From NCBI GenBank assembly GCA_019749875.1, contig JAIEPK010000091.1, positions 14,398 through 78,397 on the forward strand: 64,000 bases of DNA, written 5' to 3'. Origin of the DNA: Candidatus Binatia bacterium (lineage in GTDB: Bacteria > Desulfobacterota > Binatia > UBA12015). The position numbers were made by a program, and so were the translations under genes. Below are positions 53,409 through 63,627 of this stretch, piece by piece. The first letter of the stretch is position 1. The number at the start of each line of letters is the position of its first letter. Under the pieces are notes generated by a model. It worked only from the letters and a program-made list of their open reading frames with translations, ran no database searches and had not been told where the DNA came from.

Positions 53409-53913
53409 GGCACCCGTCGTGACGGCAGACATCGGCCAGGTCATCCTCGACGCGCTGCTCGCGCGCGTGGCGACCGTCACGCAGGCGAACGGCTTCACCG
53501 CCGACATCGGGCGCGCAGTCTTCGACGCCATGACGTACGAGGACCCGCTCGTCGCCCCTCCCCCCTGCACGCTCTACCGAATCACGAGAGAGCAGCCCGA
53601 CAACGAGAAGCAGAGCTTCATCCGGGTGAAGCGCACGATCGACATCGCGTTCGGCTGGATCGTCAAGCATGCCGGCCCCGACCCGCAGGCCGTGGGGCGG
53701 TCGATCAACGCCGACCTGCACCAGGTCCTGATCGCCGACCTGTCCGTCTCGGCCCCTCTCGAGGGGGGCGGCATCGCGTCGATCCCCGTCGATCCGATCA
53801 CCGAGATCGCGCGCACCGTCTTCCCGAACGGCCCCGTCAAGGGCCTCGTCTACGGGCAGATCGACCTGTCGTTCCCGTTCTGGACGAGGTGCGAAAACTC
53901 TCGCCGACACTGA
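53401..53913 (+). CDS. Putative tail terminator
   Basis: ILDALLARVATVTQANGFTADIG motif; position before the tail tube gene. Confidence 0.7.
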   Translation: MAKAPVVTADIGQVILDALLARVATVTQANGFTADIGRAVFDAMTYEDPLVAPPPCTLYRITREQPDNEKQSFIRVKRTIDIAFGWIVKHAGPDPQAVGRSINADLHQVLIADLSVSAPLEGGGIASIPVDPITEIARTVFPNGPVKGLVYGQIDLSFPFWTRCENSRRH

Positions 53914-54067
53914 CCCCCTGCCACTTCAATCGTCCGCTCCCATACTCCTATCAGGCTGATCCCTCGCCACCCGGGCGAGGCTCCGTGTCTTCCGGTCCCC
54001 GGTCCCCTGATCCCCGCGCCCTCCGGGCGCTCGTTCATGCCGCGCCACCCGCGGCCGGGGACCACCA

Positions 54068-55063
54068 ATGGGAGTCAACAGGACTCGGAAGACGCTGTGC
54101 ACCGCCAAGATCGAGGGCGGCGGCTACGGCGTCGACGCGACGCCGACCGCCAGCGCGAACACGATGCTGCTGTTCGACGACGGCAACATCGTCCAGCGCG
54201 ACGTCAAGACGATCGAGAAGAAGCCGCTCCGTGTCTCGCTGACCGGGCAGAAGGACGGCATCGGGCGCTCGATCGCGAACGTCAATCTCAGCACCGTCCT
54301 CATGTCGCGCGGCGACGACACGGCCGCGCCGTGGCTCGACCCACTGCTCCGCATGTCGGGCCTCGCCGTTGCGACCGGCACCGAGGACACCTCGAAGAAG
54401 TTCTGGCGCTACACGCCGCGCAGCTCCGGATTCGAGTCGGCCACGATCTACGCCTACATGGACGGCTTCCTCTGGAAGGTGCCGGGCTGCTACGGCACGT
54501 TCACCCTCGACATGCAGGCCGGGCAGATGCCCGATCTCAAGTTCGAGGCCGCAGGCCTGTACGTCAAGCCGACGAACCAGGCGTTCCCGTCGGCCACGTA
54601 CCCGACGGACACGAAGCTCCAGGTCGAGAGCGAGCAGCTCGTCATCGGCCCGGACGGCGTCGGCTACTCGCCCGTGGTCCGGAGCATCAACCTCGTCTGG
54701 GGCATGGCGCGCGCGGAGCGCGGCGACTGCAACTCGCCGAAGGGCTTCAAGGGCTTCGACCCCAACGACCGCATGCCGAAGCTCACGCTGAAGGTCGAGG
54801 TCGAGGACACGCTCTCGAACAAGGACTTCTTCGCCTACCTCGACGACCAGCAGGCGCTCGGCGACGCCGCGATGGACGACGTCGAGTGGCAGCACGGCGA
54901 CGACGTGCAGTCGGCGATCGTCTTCAAGTGCAACGCGCCACAGCTCCTGTCGCACCCGTTCGAGGAGCAGGACGGCCTGCGCCTCTACACCCTGACCTAC
55001 AAGCTCCGGAACAACACCGACGACGGCGAGTTCTCGATGACGTTCCGCGAGGAGGAGTCCTGA
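54068..55063 (+). CDS. Tail tube protein
   Basis: AKIE..YGVDATP, PLLR..G, YTP.S..FESATIY...DG and GC.GTF motifs. Confidence 0.85.
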   Translation: MGVNRTRKTLCTAKIEGGGYGVDATPTASANTMLLFDDGNIVQRDVKTIEKKPLRVSLTGQKDGIGRSIANVNLSTVLMSRGDDTAAPWLDPLLRMSGLAVATGTEDTSKKFWRYTPRSSGFESATIYAYMDGFLWKVPGCYGTFTLDMQAGQMPDLKFEAAGLYVKPTNQAFPSATYPTDTKLQVESEQLVIGPDGVGYSPVVRSINLVWGMARAERGDCNSPKGFKGFDPNDRMPKLTLKVEVEDTLSNKDFFAYLDDQQALGDAAMDDVEWQHGDDVQSAIVFKCNAPQLLSHPFEEQDGLRLYTLTYKLRNNTDDGEFSMTFREEES

Positions 55064-55152
55064 TCCGCTCCTGATGCTTGACGGGCGCCCCCATCGTGGG
55101 GCGCCCGCGCATCCGTCCCGTGCCCCACGCCCCCGTCACACCGGAGGATCAG

Positions 55153-55632
55153 ATGAACCCGTTCAAGATCGCGCCCATCACCGATGCCGAGCCCGGAGAG
55201 GTGCCCATCATGCAGGCCGAGGGCCAGCCGATGTGGACCTGCTACATCGAGCAGCTCACGCCCGAGGACCTCACGAAGGTGCTCGTTGGCCCGTCGATCG
55301 GCGGCCTGCGCGAGGGCTCGGACGCCGAGAAGAAGGCGAAGCGCTCGCGCATCAAGCGCTACGTCAAGCGCGTCTTCGCCGAGCAGGGCTGGACCGGCTG
55401 CACGCCGGCGAACGTCAAGGCGCTGCTGAAGCGCGCCTGCAAGAAGATCGACCTCGGACCGCTCGAAGATGCGGACGAGATCCCGTTCGACGTCGACTTC
55501 GCCTGCGACCTGCTGCTCGAGGCCCGTTCCGAGGACTTCGACCAGCCCATCCTGCGCGCCGTCAAGCATGGCGTCCAGAAGGCGCAGGAGATCGAGGAGG
55601 GAAACGAGAGCGGCTCCGAGCCTTCTGCCTGA
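55153..55632 (+). CDS. Tail assembly chaperone (gpG-like)
   Basis: Between tube and tape measure genes; GGAGG RBS; slippery site near the end. Confidence 0.75.
   Translation: MNPFKIAPITDAEPGEVPIMQAEGQPMWTCYIEQLTPEDLTKVLVGPSIGGLREGSDAEKKAKRSRIKRYVKRVFAEQGWTGCTPANVKALLKRACKKIDLGPLEDADEIPFDVDFACDLLLEARSEDFDQPILRAVKHGVQKAQEIEEGNESGSEPSA
55599..55605 (+). other. -1 programmed frameshift site G-GGA-AAC
   Basis: X XXY YYZ heptamer in the gpG frame; the -1 frame stays open to 56048. Confidence 0.8.
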
Positions 55633-56048
55633 AGCTGTTTCGGCCGGGCGCGCCGAAGAGCTGCGAGGAGTGCTCCGACCTCCAGGAGCACTCCGACCAG
55701 CCGTGCTGGTTCCAAGACGGCTGCCCCTTCGACGACCTGGCCAACAGCCCGAGGCTCGGAGCAATCCTTCGCTTCGCGACCCGCACCATCGTCCACCAGG
55801 AGCTCCCCACCAGGGACGGCGGCAAGCAGCACCACTACGAGGTCCGACCCGACCTCTTCCAGCTCCGCTGCAAGACGAAGCAGGTCCCGCAGGCCCAGTG
55901 GGACGAGGCGCTCGACTACTGCGAGCTCGTCGCACGCGCCGCCACCGAGGCCCCCGACGTAGCGGCCGCGCCGAAGCACCGACGGCGCGGCGAACTGAAG
56001 AGGGTGACGCTTGGCCGCAGGCGACGAGAAGATCCGCGTAACGATTGA
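55599..56048 (+). CDS. Frameshifted gpGT-like extension
   Basis: Protein-like -1 frame (CEEC...CP) with no start codon of its own near the slip site. Confidence 0.7.
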   Translation, partial: GKRERLRAFCLKLFRPGAPKSCEECSDLQEHSDQPCWFQDGCPFDDLANSPRLGAILRFATRTIVHQELPTRDGGKQHHYEVRPDLFQLRCKTKQVPQAQWDEALDYCELVARAATEAPDVAAAPKHRRRGELKRVTLGRRRREDPRND

Positions 56049-59000
56049 GGTCGACGACTCGGGTCTCCGGGTCTTCGACCAAGCGGGCAAGCTCGTCAAG
56101 CAGTTCGCGACGGAGGCCGGCAAGGCCGGGACCTCCGTCGACGAGCTGGCCGATGCGTTCACCGCTGGTCTCGTCGATGGTCTCGCGAAGGCCTCCGCCG
56201 AGACGGCCAAGCTCGAGGGCCGGCTGAAGGAGGAGCAGCGTCTCCTCGAGGCCGAGATCGAGCTCCGCAAACAGGTCAACGAGGGCGTGCTCTCGGAGAT
56301 CGACGCGCGTGCCCGGCTCGCGAGGGAGCAGGCGAAGGGCAACGAGGGCGTCGCCGACCTGCTCGAGCGCAACTCGCGCCTGAAGTCCGAGCTCGAGGGG
56401 CTCACCAAGGCCGGCAACGACAACACCGGGATGTGGCAGCGCCTGAAGTCCGGGGCGGAGTCCGTCAAGGGCGTGTTCGAGGGCGTCTTCTACGTCGTCG
56501 AGGGCGGCAAGGCCGCTTTCGAGGTTCTGCGCTCCGCGGGGGAGGTTGCATTCGATGGCCTCAACACGGCGGCGCGCACCTTTCGCGAGTCGACCATCAA
56601 CGGCATTGGCACGGAGTACCTCTCCGAGCTGACGGCGCTGGCCGAGGCCTCCGGCCGCGAGATGGACGACGTCCTCGACCTGGTGCGCGACGTCCGCAAG
56701 CGCGTCGGAGAGGCATCGACCGAGCTCGCGCGCGGCAACCTGACGAACACCTTCGTCGACGCGTTCAACCGTCTTGGTGCCGGCCCCGAGATGCTCAAGA
56801 AGTTCGCGACCGACACGGAGGCGGCGGTCGACTTCGTCATCTCGAAGATCGCACAGGCGAAGGACGACCCTCGGATTCAGTTCACGGTCCAGGAGCTGAC
56901 CAACTCGGGCTTCGAGAAGTTCGGCCCGATCGTCGCGGCACTCGGGGAGAAGGGCGTCGCGGAAGCGCGCGAGCAGGTCCGTGCACTCGGGCTTTCGATC
57001 TCGGATGAGACGGCAGCTCTGGCGCAGCGAACGCAGGCCAGCCTTAGTCTGATCGGGCAGGCCTTCGACGGCGTGATCCGTCAGTTGACGGCCGGAGCGG
57101 CGCCCGCACTAGAGGGCGCGTCGTCTCGCCTCGTGGCATTCGCCACCGACCTCGGAATCGCCGACGGACGGCTGCAAGACATCGGCGCCACCATCGGCGC
57201 CGGCGTCGCATCCTCGCTCGACTCGCTGATCGCGCTGGTCGAGCGACTCAGCACCGCCGCGAGCGAGGGGCGCTTCGGCGAGCAGCTCCTGGCGGAGCTG
57301 CAGAAGATCGGTCCTGCGGTCGAGCCGTACGCGCGCGAGGCCGGCGAGAAGATCGGCGAGTTCCTCGCCGAAGGCTTCCGTCGCGGCATCGCCGGCATGT
57401 TCTCGATCGACTGGTCGAAGCTCGCGGACCTGTCGGGCTTCGTCGATCCGATGGAGGCCTATGCCAAGGGCATCTCCGAGCGGGTCTCTGGCGCGTTCGA
57501 CGTCGACATCGCGCCGCTGACGTCGTCGGTAAACGCGGCTTCGAGCGCCATCACGCAGTTCAACACCGCCACCGCATCGGCCGCGGCGCAGAACGTCGAG
57601 GCGAACAACGCCTTCTCGTCGACGCGTGAGGTGCTCGGCCAGATGGCCGACGGCTCGCTGATCCTCGGCAAGAGCCTCATCCAGTCCGGCGAGGCGGCGA
57701 CGAAGGCGGGAGGCGGCTACCGAACGACGGGTGGTGCGGCCGGCCAGGCGGCGCAGGACCTCGCCAACTTCAACAAGGAGCTCGCGAAGCAGAGCGCCTC
57801 GCTCTCGGCCACGCAGGCGATCTACCAGCAGGCCGCTCGAGGCACGATCTCGCTCGCGCAGGCGGATCAGCAAGCCGCGGTCGCGAGTGCGACACTCGAA
57901 AAGGGCATCACCGACGAGAAGGCCAAGCTCGCCGCGCTCACGCTCGAGCGCCAGAAGGCCGCAGTCGAGACCGCGAAGGCCGCTGCTGCCGCTGCGGATC
58001 AGGTGCAGGCCGAACAGGCGAAGCTCGACGTCATGCGCCAGGTCGTTGCGGCAGGCGGCGACACCGAGGACGTCGCGCGCGCGGTGGCGCTCGCCGACAT
58101 CGAGCGCGCTGCCGCGGCGCAGCTCGCGAAGGGCGCGAACGAGGAAGACGTCGCTCTCCTCAAGCAGAAGCAGATCGCGCTCCTCGACACCGTCAAGGCG
58201 CAGCAGGAGCTGAACCAGGTCGCCACCGGCAAAGAGGAGCTGACGAAGCTCCGCGAGCAGCTCGCGATCACGCAGCAGCGCGCCGCCGGCACGCTAAGCG
58301 CGGTCGAGGCGGAGCGCCGGCTCGCGATCGCCGCCGCGGGCACGACCGAGGAGCTGCGCAAGCAGGCCGGCGAGAAGTTCGACCTCGTCAAGCAGATCGA
58401 GGACACCGAGAAGGGCTACGTCCATCTCGGCGACACCATCAAGGGCGCGTTCACGGACGTGTTCGATGCGCTCGTCGCCGGCACGCTCGACCTACAGGAC
58501 TCGCTGAAGAGCCTCGGGCTCGCCATCGGCAAGGACTTCTTCAATGCGATGCTCGAGTCGAAGTTCAAGGACTTCGACCCGACCGTCAAGGCCAATTTTC
58601 TTGAGCTGGGAGACTACGGCAAGGGCATCTTCGGGTCCCTGTTCGACGGCGTCGCGCGCATCTTCGGCGGCGGCGGTGGCGGTGGCTTCGTCGGGCCGCT
58701 GCTCGAGAACGGGACGATCGGCACCGGCGGCGGCGTGCCGGGACTCCTGGGCTTCGGCGGCGGCGGCGGTCTCGGATTGCTTGCGAACCTCGCGCTCAAC
58801 AGCGGCGGGTTCTTCGCCAACAGCAATCCGGGTGTGAGTCTCGGTCTGAGCGGCCTGAGTCTCGCGAATAGCGGACTCAGCCTCGCGACGGGCAGCGGCA
58901 TCATCGGCTCGCTCTTCGGCACCGGTGCTGCGTCTTCGACGATCGGGTCGCTGATTGGCGACACGGGCTCGGGCCTCGTCACCTCGCTCTTCGGCGACAC

Positions 59001-62000
59001 GGGCTCGAGCATCCTCGCCACGTCGCTCGGCACAGCCGGCGCCGTTGGTGGCGGCGTCGTCGGCGGCCTCGGTGGGGCCTACGCCGGCTGGCAGCTCGGC
59101 CAGGGCGGCCAGTCCGGCGCGCAGATCGCCGCATCGGCCGCGTCCGTCATCGCCGGTGGTGCGGCCGTCTACGCGTCGCTCACGGCGCTCGTCGCCGCGT
59201 CGACGTCCGCTCTGAATGCGATCCCCGTCATCGGCACCATCATCTACGCGATCATCGTCGCCCTGGCTGCGATCGCGGGCGCGATCACCGACATCACGCC
59301 CACCGCCGGCACGCTCCGCCGCCGCGCCGCGGAAGCCGCGCTCGATCAGACCGCGACCTTCGCCGCGCTGCAGAAGGACATGGGGGACCTGACGCGCAAG
59401 AAGTTCGCGCTCAACACGAACCCCGATCTCCCGCAGCAGCGCGAGTACATCGGCGACCAGGGCGTGACGGACCTCACCGGGTTCGCCACCGTGTTCGCAC
59501 AGACCGCCTTCGGGGGCTCGTTCGCGGCCGGCAAGGACCACGTCCAGGGCATCGCTCAGCAGTGGACGAACATCCTCACCGAGTTCTTCGCTCGGCTCGA
59601 CGGCTCCAGCGAGGAGGTCTCGGCGACGATCCGCGAGAATCTCCTCTCGGCCTTCCGCGACCTCGGCATCAACGACGCGACGAAGGCGTTCGAGATGCTC
59701 AACGGCGCCGCCGCGAACTTCAAGCTCAACACGGACACCTTCGACTACTTCCACGAGCAGATCGCCGGCGCCGAGTCCTTGGGCACGGCCGTGCGCGGCG
59801 TAGCCGGCATCTTCGAGCAGGAGCTTCCCCCGGGCGTGCATCTGGCGGCGCTCGCCCTGGAGAGCATGACGCGCGACGGGACGCGCGCGTTCTCCGATCT
59901 TGACTCGGCCGGTCACGACTCGCTCGTTCGCCTCGCCGACGACGCGAAGAGCTTCGATGCGCTCGTCGGGGCGCTCTTCTCCAACGGCTTCGAGATCGAC
60001 ACCGAAGACTTCGACCGCCGGATGAAGGACATCACCGCCTCCGCGGGCTTCGTCAGCGAGAACATTGGCGAGCTCTTCTCCGGGGCGTCGGTCGGCGAGG
60101 GGCTCGCGGCCTTCGGCGCCAAGCTGAAGGAGACGATCCTCGGTGCCGTGAGCGAGGCGTCGCTCGGCGACCTCTTCGACAACACCAACATCGCGGCGAG
60201 CTTCGAGCCCGTCTTCGCCGTACTGCGCCAGCTCAACGAGGGCGCCTACAAGAACGACGCTGGCCGCCTCGACTTCGGTGCGTTCGACGCCGACATGGTC
60301 GCGGCGATCGCCGAGGGCAAGGCGACGCTCGCGGACTACCTCCCGGAGATCATCGCGGCGCGCGATGCGATGCAGGAGTTCGAGAAGGCCATCGACGAGG
60401 CCCTGGAGCCGACTCCGGTAGAGGCGTTCTGGCTGGCGATGGAGGATCGGCTCCGCGCGAACACCGAGGCGGTGGAAGGCTTCGCCGCGAGCCTCTACGA
60501 CGCCGCGGCCCAAGCCGAGGCACTTCTCCCCGGCAGCGGGCAGGAGGTGGCTCGCGACCAGGCGCGCGCCGCGATCAGCGACGGTGCGCTCGGCGCGGCG
60601 CGCGCCGCCGCGGCGGAGGGCGTCGCCGCTGGCCCCGAGGGCGAGCGCCTTGCCGCACTCCAGACCGAGTTCCAGGCCAAGGTAAAGGCCGCGTTTGAGG
60701 GTGGCATCTCGACCGCCGAGCTCGGTGATCTCGCGAACCTCAAGGCCCGCATGGGCGAGGCCGGTCAAGCACTGGCCGACAAGATGTCGGAGTCCGCGAA
60801 GGTCTTCGACCAGCTCTTTGCGGCCGAGCGCTGGAAGGCCCAGGTCGACGCGGTCACCGATTCGCTCAAGGGCGCGATCGGCGGTGCGGGGCAGGCGTTC
60901 TTTGACGTCCTGAAAAACGGCGGCAGCGCCGAGGAGGCTGCGAAGGCGCTCGGCGACTCGTTCCGCTCGAGCGTCCAGCAGTCCGTCGTGCAGGGTATCA
61001 CCGATGCCGTTGTGCAGGGCGCGGTCATCCAGGGCGCGCTCGCGCCCCTGATCGCTGGCCTGCAGGGCGCCATCCAGGCCACCCTCCCCGGCGGGATCAA
61101 CGCGGCCGAGAGCCAATTCCTATCGGCCATCGTGGGCAAGATCGGCACGGAGACCAATAACGTCATCGGCCAGCTCACGCCGCTCTTCACCCAGCTCGGC
61201 ACGGCCGTCGGCGGGATCTTCGAGAACACCGACAAGACCGTCAAGAACATCGACGAGATCGACCGTCAGACGCGCGACGCCGACTATGGTGTCGACGAGA
61301 TGGCACGCCGCGCTGCGCGGCAGCTCGAGGAAGTCGGGAACGCCGTCCCACCGGCGACGGTGAGCGCCGTCAAGGACAACCTCGAGGCCCTCAAGGACGC
61401 GCTTCCCACCGAGGGTGCGTCGACCGACATCAAGGACGGACTCTCCAGGCTCGCGGGCGCCTTCTCCGACGTGCAGGCCGATACGATCGCCACCGGAGTA
61501 TCCGACCTGAAGGGTGCGCTCGGTGCCGACGGCGGCCTCGTCGCGGCGGCAAGCGAAGCAGGAAATGCGCTGGTGGGAGCGGGGGGCCTCACCGAGACCC
61601 TGGGCACCATCCAGGGAGCGCTCGGAGACCTTGGCGTCGCGGGCGCCGCCGACGATGCGTCCGGCGCGCTCCGCGACCAGCTTCAGGTCGCGACCGAATC
61701 GGCGGCCGATGTCCTGCAAGACCTCTTCTCGGCTCGCGTCGGGGATGCCGCGACCGCAGCGGAGCGCCTCGCGGGGCGTCTCGACGCCATCAAGCTGCCC
61801 GGTGCCGCGAAGGGTGGCACGTTCGGTGGCGGCACGGTCGTCGTGGGCGAGGAAGGCCCGGAGGTGGTGACCGCGCTGGACGGTGGGGGCTTCCACGTCG
61901 AGCCGATCTCTCGCGCGCAGATGAACATGCTGCTCGGCAACGGCATGCCGGGCTTCGCCGACGGCGGCTCGCTCATCCCGATCGGCCGTCGCGGCGGGAA

Positions 62001-63621
62001 TGGCGGCCGGCGTCCGGGTCTGCACCCCGCGCCGGTCGATCCTCGCACCACGCATCCTGGCTCCGACGACGAGGAGAAGACGATCAGCGTGTCGTTCTCC
62101 TTCGACTCTGCGATTGACGCATGGATGGAGACCGGCGACCCTGAGAAGCTGCGCGACGAGGTCCGGAAGTCGATCGGCGAAGGGATTCTCGAGGGCATGA
62201 AGCAGGGCCTCATGGCTCAGCTCGGGCTCGAGGAGTTCCAGAAGAAGATCGCCGAGGCGATCGACCGCGGCGCGAGCGCCGCCGAGCTCACCGCAATGGG
62301 CGAGGAGTTCGCAACCAAGGTCGAGGCCGGGATCACCGCAGCCGGCCCCGCCTTCGATGCGGTGGCGGAGGCCTTTGGCGTTGATGTGCAGGAGAAGCTC
62401 GACGAGATCGAGCTCGACCCGGTGCAGATGCTTTACGCCGCAGCGGCGCTCGGCGAGGAGGTGCGCGCTCGCCTTGGGGACTCGACGAAGGAGATCGGCG
62501 AAGCGCTGATCGCTGCCGCGCAGAAGGCCGCGCCTGTCGTCGGGGAGATGGTCGGCTCGTCACTGAAAGGTCTCTTGTCGGACCCCGACAAGCTCAACTT
62601 CGAGAACTTCTCGCAGAACCTCCGCGGCCAGATCTACCAGAACGTCGCCGGGGGCCTGATCGACGCGTTCATCCAGTCGGCGGTCATCCAGGGCGCACTG
62701 GCTCCGATGCTCGGCGCGATCTCGGTGATCTTCGACCAGATCGGAAAGAAGCAGCTCACCATCTCCGAGGCCAACGGCCTGATCGCGCAGCAGATCGGTC
62801 TGATCAACGGCGTGCTCGACGACCCGGCGTTCAAGGACACGCTCGAGACGCTGATCGGTGGCGTCGCCGACATCGGCAAGAACCTCAACGCCTTCCCACC
62901 GGCGGCGCGCGAAGTCGCGGATTCCGCTGTCGAGGTGCAGGACGCTGCCACCGCGGCGCAGGAGAAGGTCTGCGACGGCGAGTGCGAGCTCCAGAAGGAG
63001 ATCATCGAATACGGAGCAACGGCGCTCAATGCCGCCGGTCGCAAGGGCGAGATCACCGACACCGTCTATCGCGAAGCGACCTTCGTGCCATCGGGGGATC
63101 ATAGCGTCGCGGGCTGGTACGATCGCGAGCGCAAGCTCGCGCAGCGCCGGAGAATCCCCGCATTCGCGGACGGCGGAGTCGTCACGCAGCCGACCATCGC
63201 TCTCGTCGGCGAGGCCGGTCCGGAAGCGATCATCCCGCTCGGCGGCGCGGCCGGGCGCGACGACTCCATCGCGGACGCGATCGCGGCGCTCTCGGGGCAA
63301 GGAACGGGCGGCAACGACGCACCCGCCGGCGACATCGGGAGCATCCCGCGTGCCGTGCGAATCGCCAATGCGGCGCCATCGCGCGGCGGGGCGACGTCTA
63401 CCGACGTGATTCGAGAGCTCATCGCAGAGCTGCGCGCTCTCCGCGGGGCGCTCGCCGGCGGCTCCGCGAATCCGGCTCTGGAGCGCCTCGCTGCGCGCAT
63501 CGGGGACCTCGCCGACCGCCCACTACGGGCGAACCTGCGGATCGGCGAGCACGAGTTCATCGACGTCATCGACGACGCGTTCCGCACGGCCCGGCAGTCC
63601 GGGAGACAGATCGGAGGTTGA
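56011..63621 (+). CDS. Tape measure protein (2536 aa)
   Basis: Ala/Gly-rich helical protein, Gly-rich hydrophobic segment, FADGG...GEAGPE motif; TTG start. Confidence 0.92.
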   Translation: MAAGDEKIRVTIEVDDSGLRVFDQAGKLVKQFATEAGKAGTSVDELADAFTAGLVDGLAKASAETAKLEGRLKEEQRLLEAEIELRKQVNEGVLSEIDARARLAREQAKGNEGVADLLERNSRLKSELEGLTKAGNDNTGMWQRLKSGAESVKGVFEGVFYVVEGGKAAFEVLRSAGEVAFDGLNTAARTFRESTINGIGTEYLSELTALAEASGREMDDVLDLVRDVRKRVGEASTELARGNLTNTFVDAFNRLGAGPEMLKKFATDTEAAVDFVISKIAQAKDDPRIQFTVQELTNSGFEKFGPIVAALGEKGVAEAREQVRALGLSISDETAALAQRTQASLSLIGQAFDGVIRQLTAGAAPALEGASSRLVAFATDLGIADGRLQDIGATIGAGVASSLDSLIALVERLSTAASEGRFGEQLLAELQKIGPAVEPYAREAGEKIGEFLAEGFRRGIAGMFSIDWSKLADLSGFVDPMEAYAKGISERVSGAFDVDIAPLTSSVNAASSAITQFNTATASAAAQNVEANNAFSSTREVLGQMADGSLILGKSLIQSGEAATKAGGGYRTTGGAAGQAAQDLANFNKELAKQSASLSATQAIYQQAARGTISLAQADQQAAVASATLEKGITDEKAKLAALTLERQKAAVETAKAAAAAADQVQAEQAKLDVMRQVVAAGGDTEDVARAVALADIERAAAAQLAKGANEEDVALLKQKQIALLDTVKAQQELNQVATGKEELTKLREQLAITQQRAAGTLSAVEAERRLAIAAAGTTEELRKQAGEKFDLVKQIEDTEKGYVHLGDTIKGAFTDVFDALVAGTLDLQDSLKSLGLAIGKDFFNAMLESKFKDFDPTVKANFLELGDYGKGIFGSLFDGVARIFGGGGGGGFVGPLLENGTIGTGGGVPGLLGFGGGGGLGLLANLALNSGGFFANSNPGVSLGLSGLSLANSGLSLATGSGIIGSLFGTGAASSTIGSLIGDTGSGLVTSLFGDTGSSILATSLGTAGAVGGGVVGGLGGAYAGWQLGQGGQSGAQIAASAASVIAGGAAVYASLTALVAASTSALNAIPVIGTIIYAIIVALAAIAGAITDITPTAGTLRRRAAEAALDQTATFAALQKDMGDLTRKKFALNTNPDLPQQREYIGDQGVTDLTGFATVFAQTAFGGSFAAGKDHVQGIAQQWTNILTEFFARLDGSSEEVSATIRENLLSAFRDLGINDATKAFEMLNGAAANFKLNTDTFDYFHEQIAGAESLGTAVRGVAGIFEQELPPGVHLAALALESMTRDGTRAFSDLDSAGHDSLVRLADDAKSFDALVGALFSNGFEIDTEDFDRRMKDITASAGFVSENIGELFSGASVGEGLAAFGAKLKETILGAVSEASLGDLFDNTNIAASFEPVFAVLRQLNEGAYKNDAGRLDFGAFDADMVAAIAEGKATLADYLPEIIAARDAMQEFEKAIDEALEPTPVEAFWLAMEDRLRANTEAVEGFAASLYDAAAQAEALLPGSGQEVARDQARAAISDGALGAARAAAAEGVAAGPEGERLAALQTEFQAKVKAAFEGGISTAELGDLANLKARMGEAGQALADKMSESAKVFDQLFAAERWKAQVDAVTDSLKGAIGGAGQAFFDVLKNGGSAEEAAKALGDSFRSSVQQSVVQGITDAVVQGAVIQGALAPLIAGLQGAIQATLPGGINAAESQFLSAIVGKIGTETNNVIGQLTPLFTQLGTAVGGIFENTDKTVKNIDEIDRQTRDADYGVDEMARRAARQLEEVGNAVPPATVSAVKDNLEALKDALPTEGASTDIKDGLSRLAGAFSDVQADTIATGVSDLKGALGADGGLVAAASEAGNALVGAGGLTETLGTIQGALGDLGVAGAADDASGALRDQLQVATESAADVLQDLFSARVGDAATAAERLAGRLDAIKLPGAAKGGTFGGGTVVVGEEGPEVVTALDGGGFHVEPISRAQMNMLLGNGMPGFADGGSLIPIGRRGGNGGRRPGLHPAPVDPRTTHPGSDDEEKTISVSFSFDSAIDAWMETGDPEKLRDEVRKSIGEGILEGMKQGLMAQLGLEEFQKKIAEAIDRGASAAELTAMGEEFATKVEAGITAAGPAFDAVAEAFGVDVQEKLDEIELDPVQMLYAAAALGEEVRARLGDSTKEIGEALIAAAQKAAPVVGEMVGSSLKGLLSDPDKLNFENFSQNLRGQIYQNVAGGLIDAFIQSAVIQGALAPMLGAISVIFDQIGKKQLTISEANGLIAQQIGLINGVLDDPAFKDTLETLIGGVADIGKNLNAFPPAAREVADSAVEVQDAATAAQEKVCDGECELQKEIIEYGATALNAAGRKGEITDTVYREATFVPSGDHSVAGWYDRERKLAQRRRIPAFADGGVVTQPTIALVGEAGPEAIIPLGGAAGRDDSIADAIAALSGQGTGGNDAPAGDIGSIPRAVRIANAAPSRGGATSTDVIRELIAELRALRGALAGGSANPALERLAARIGDLADRPLRANLRIGEHEFIDVIDDAFRTARQSGRQIGG

Positions 63622-63627
63622 GGAGAG

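Noticed and set aside
58492..61116. 874-aa minus-strand ORF inside the tape measure gene
   Set aside because: Antisense shadow with no domain signature.
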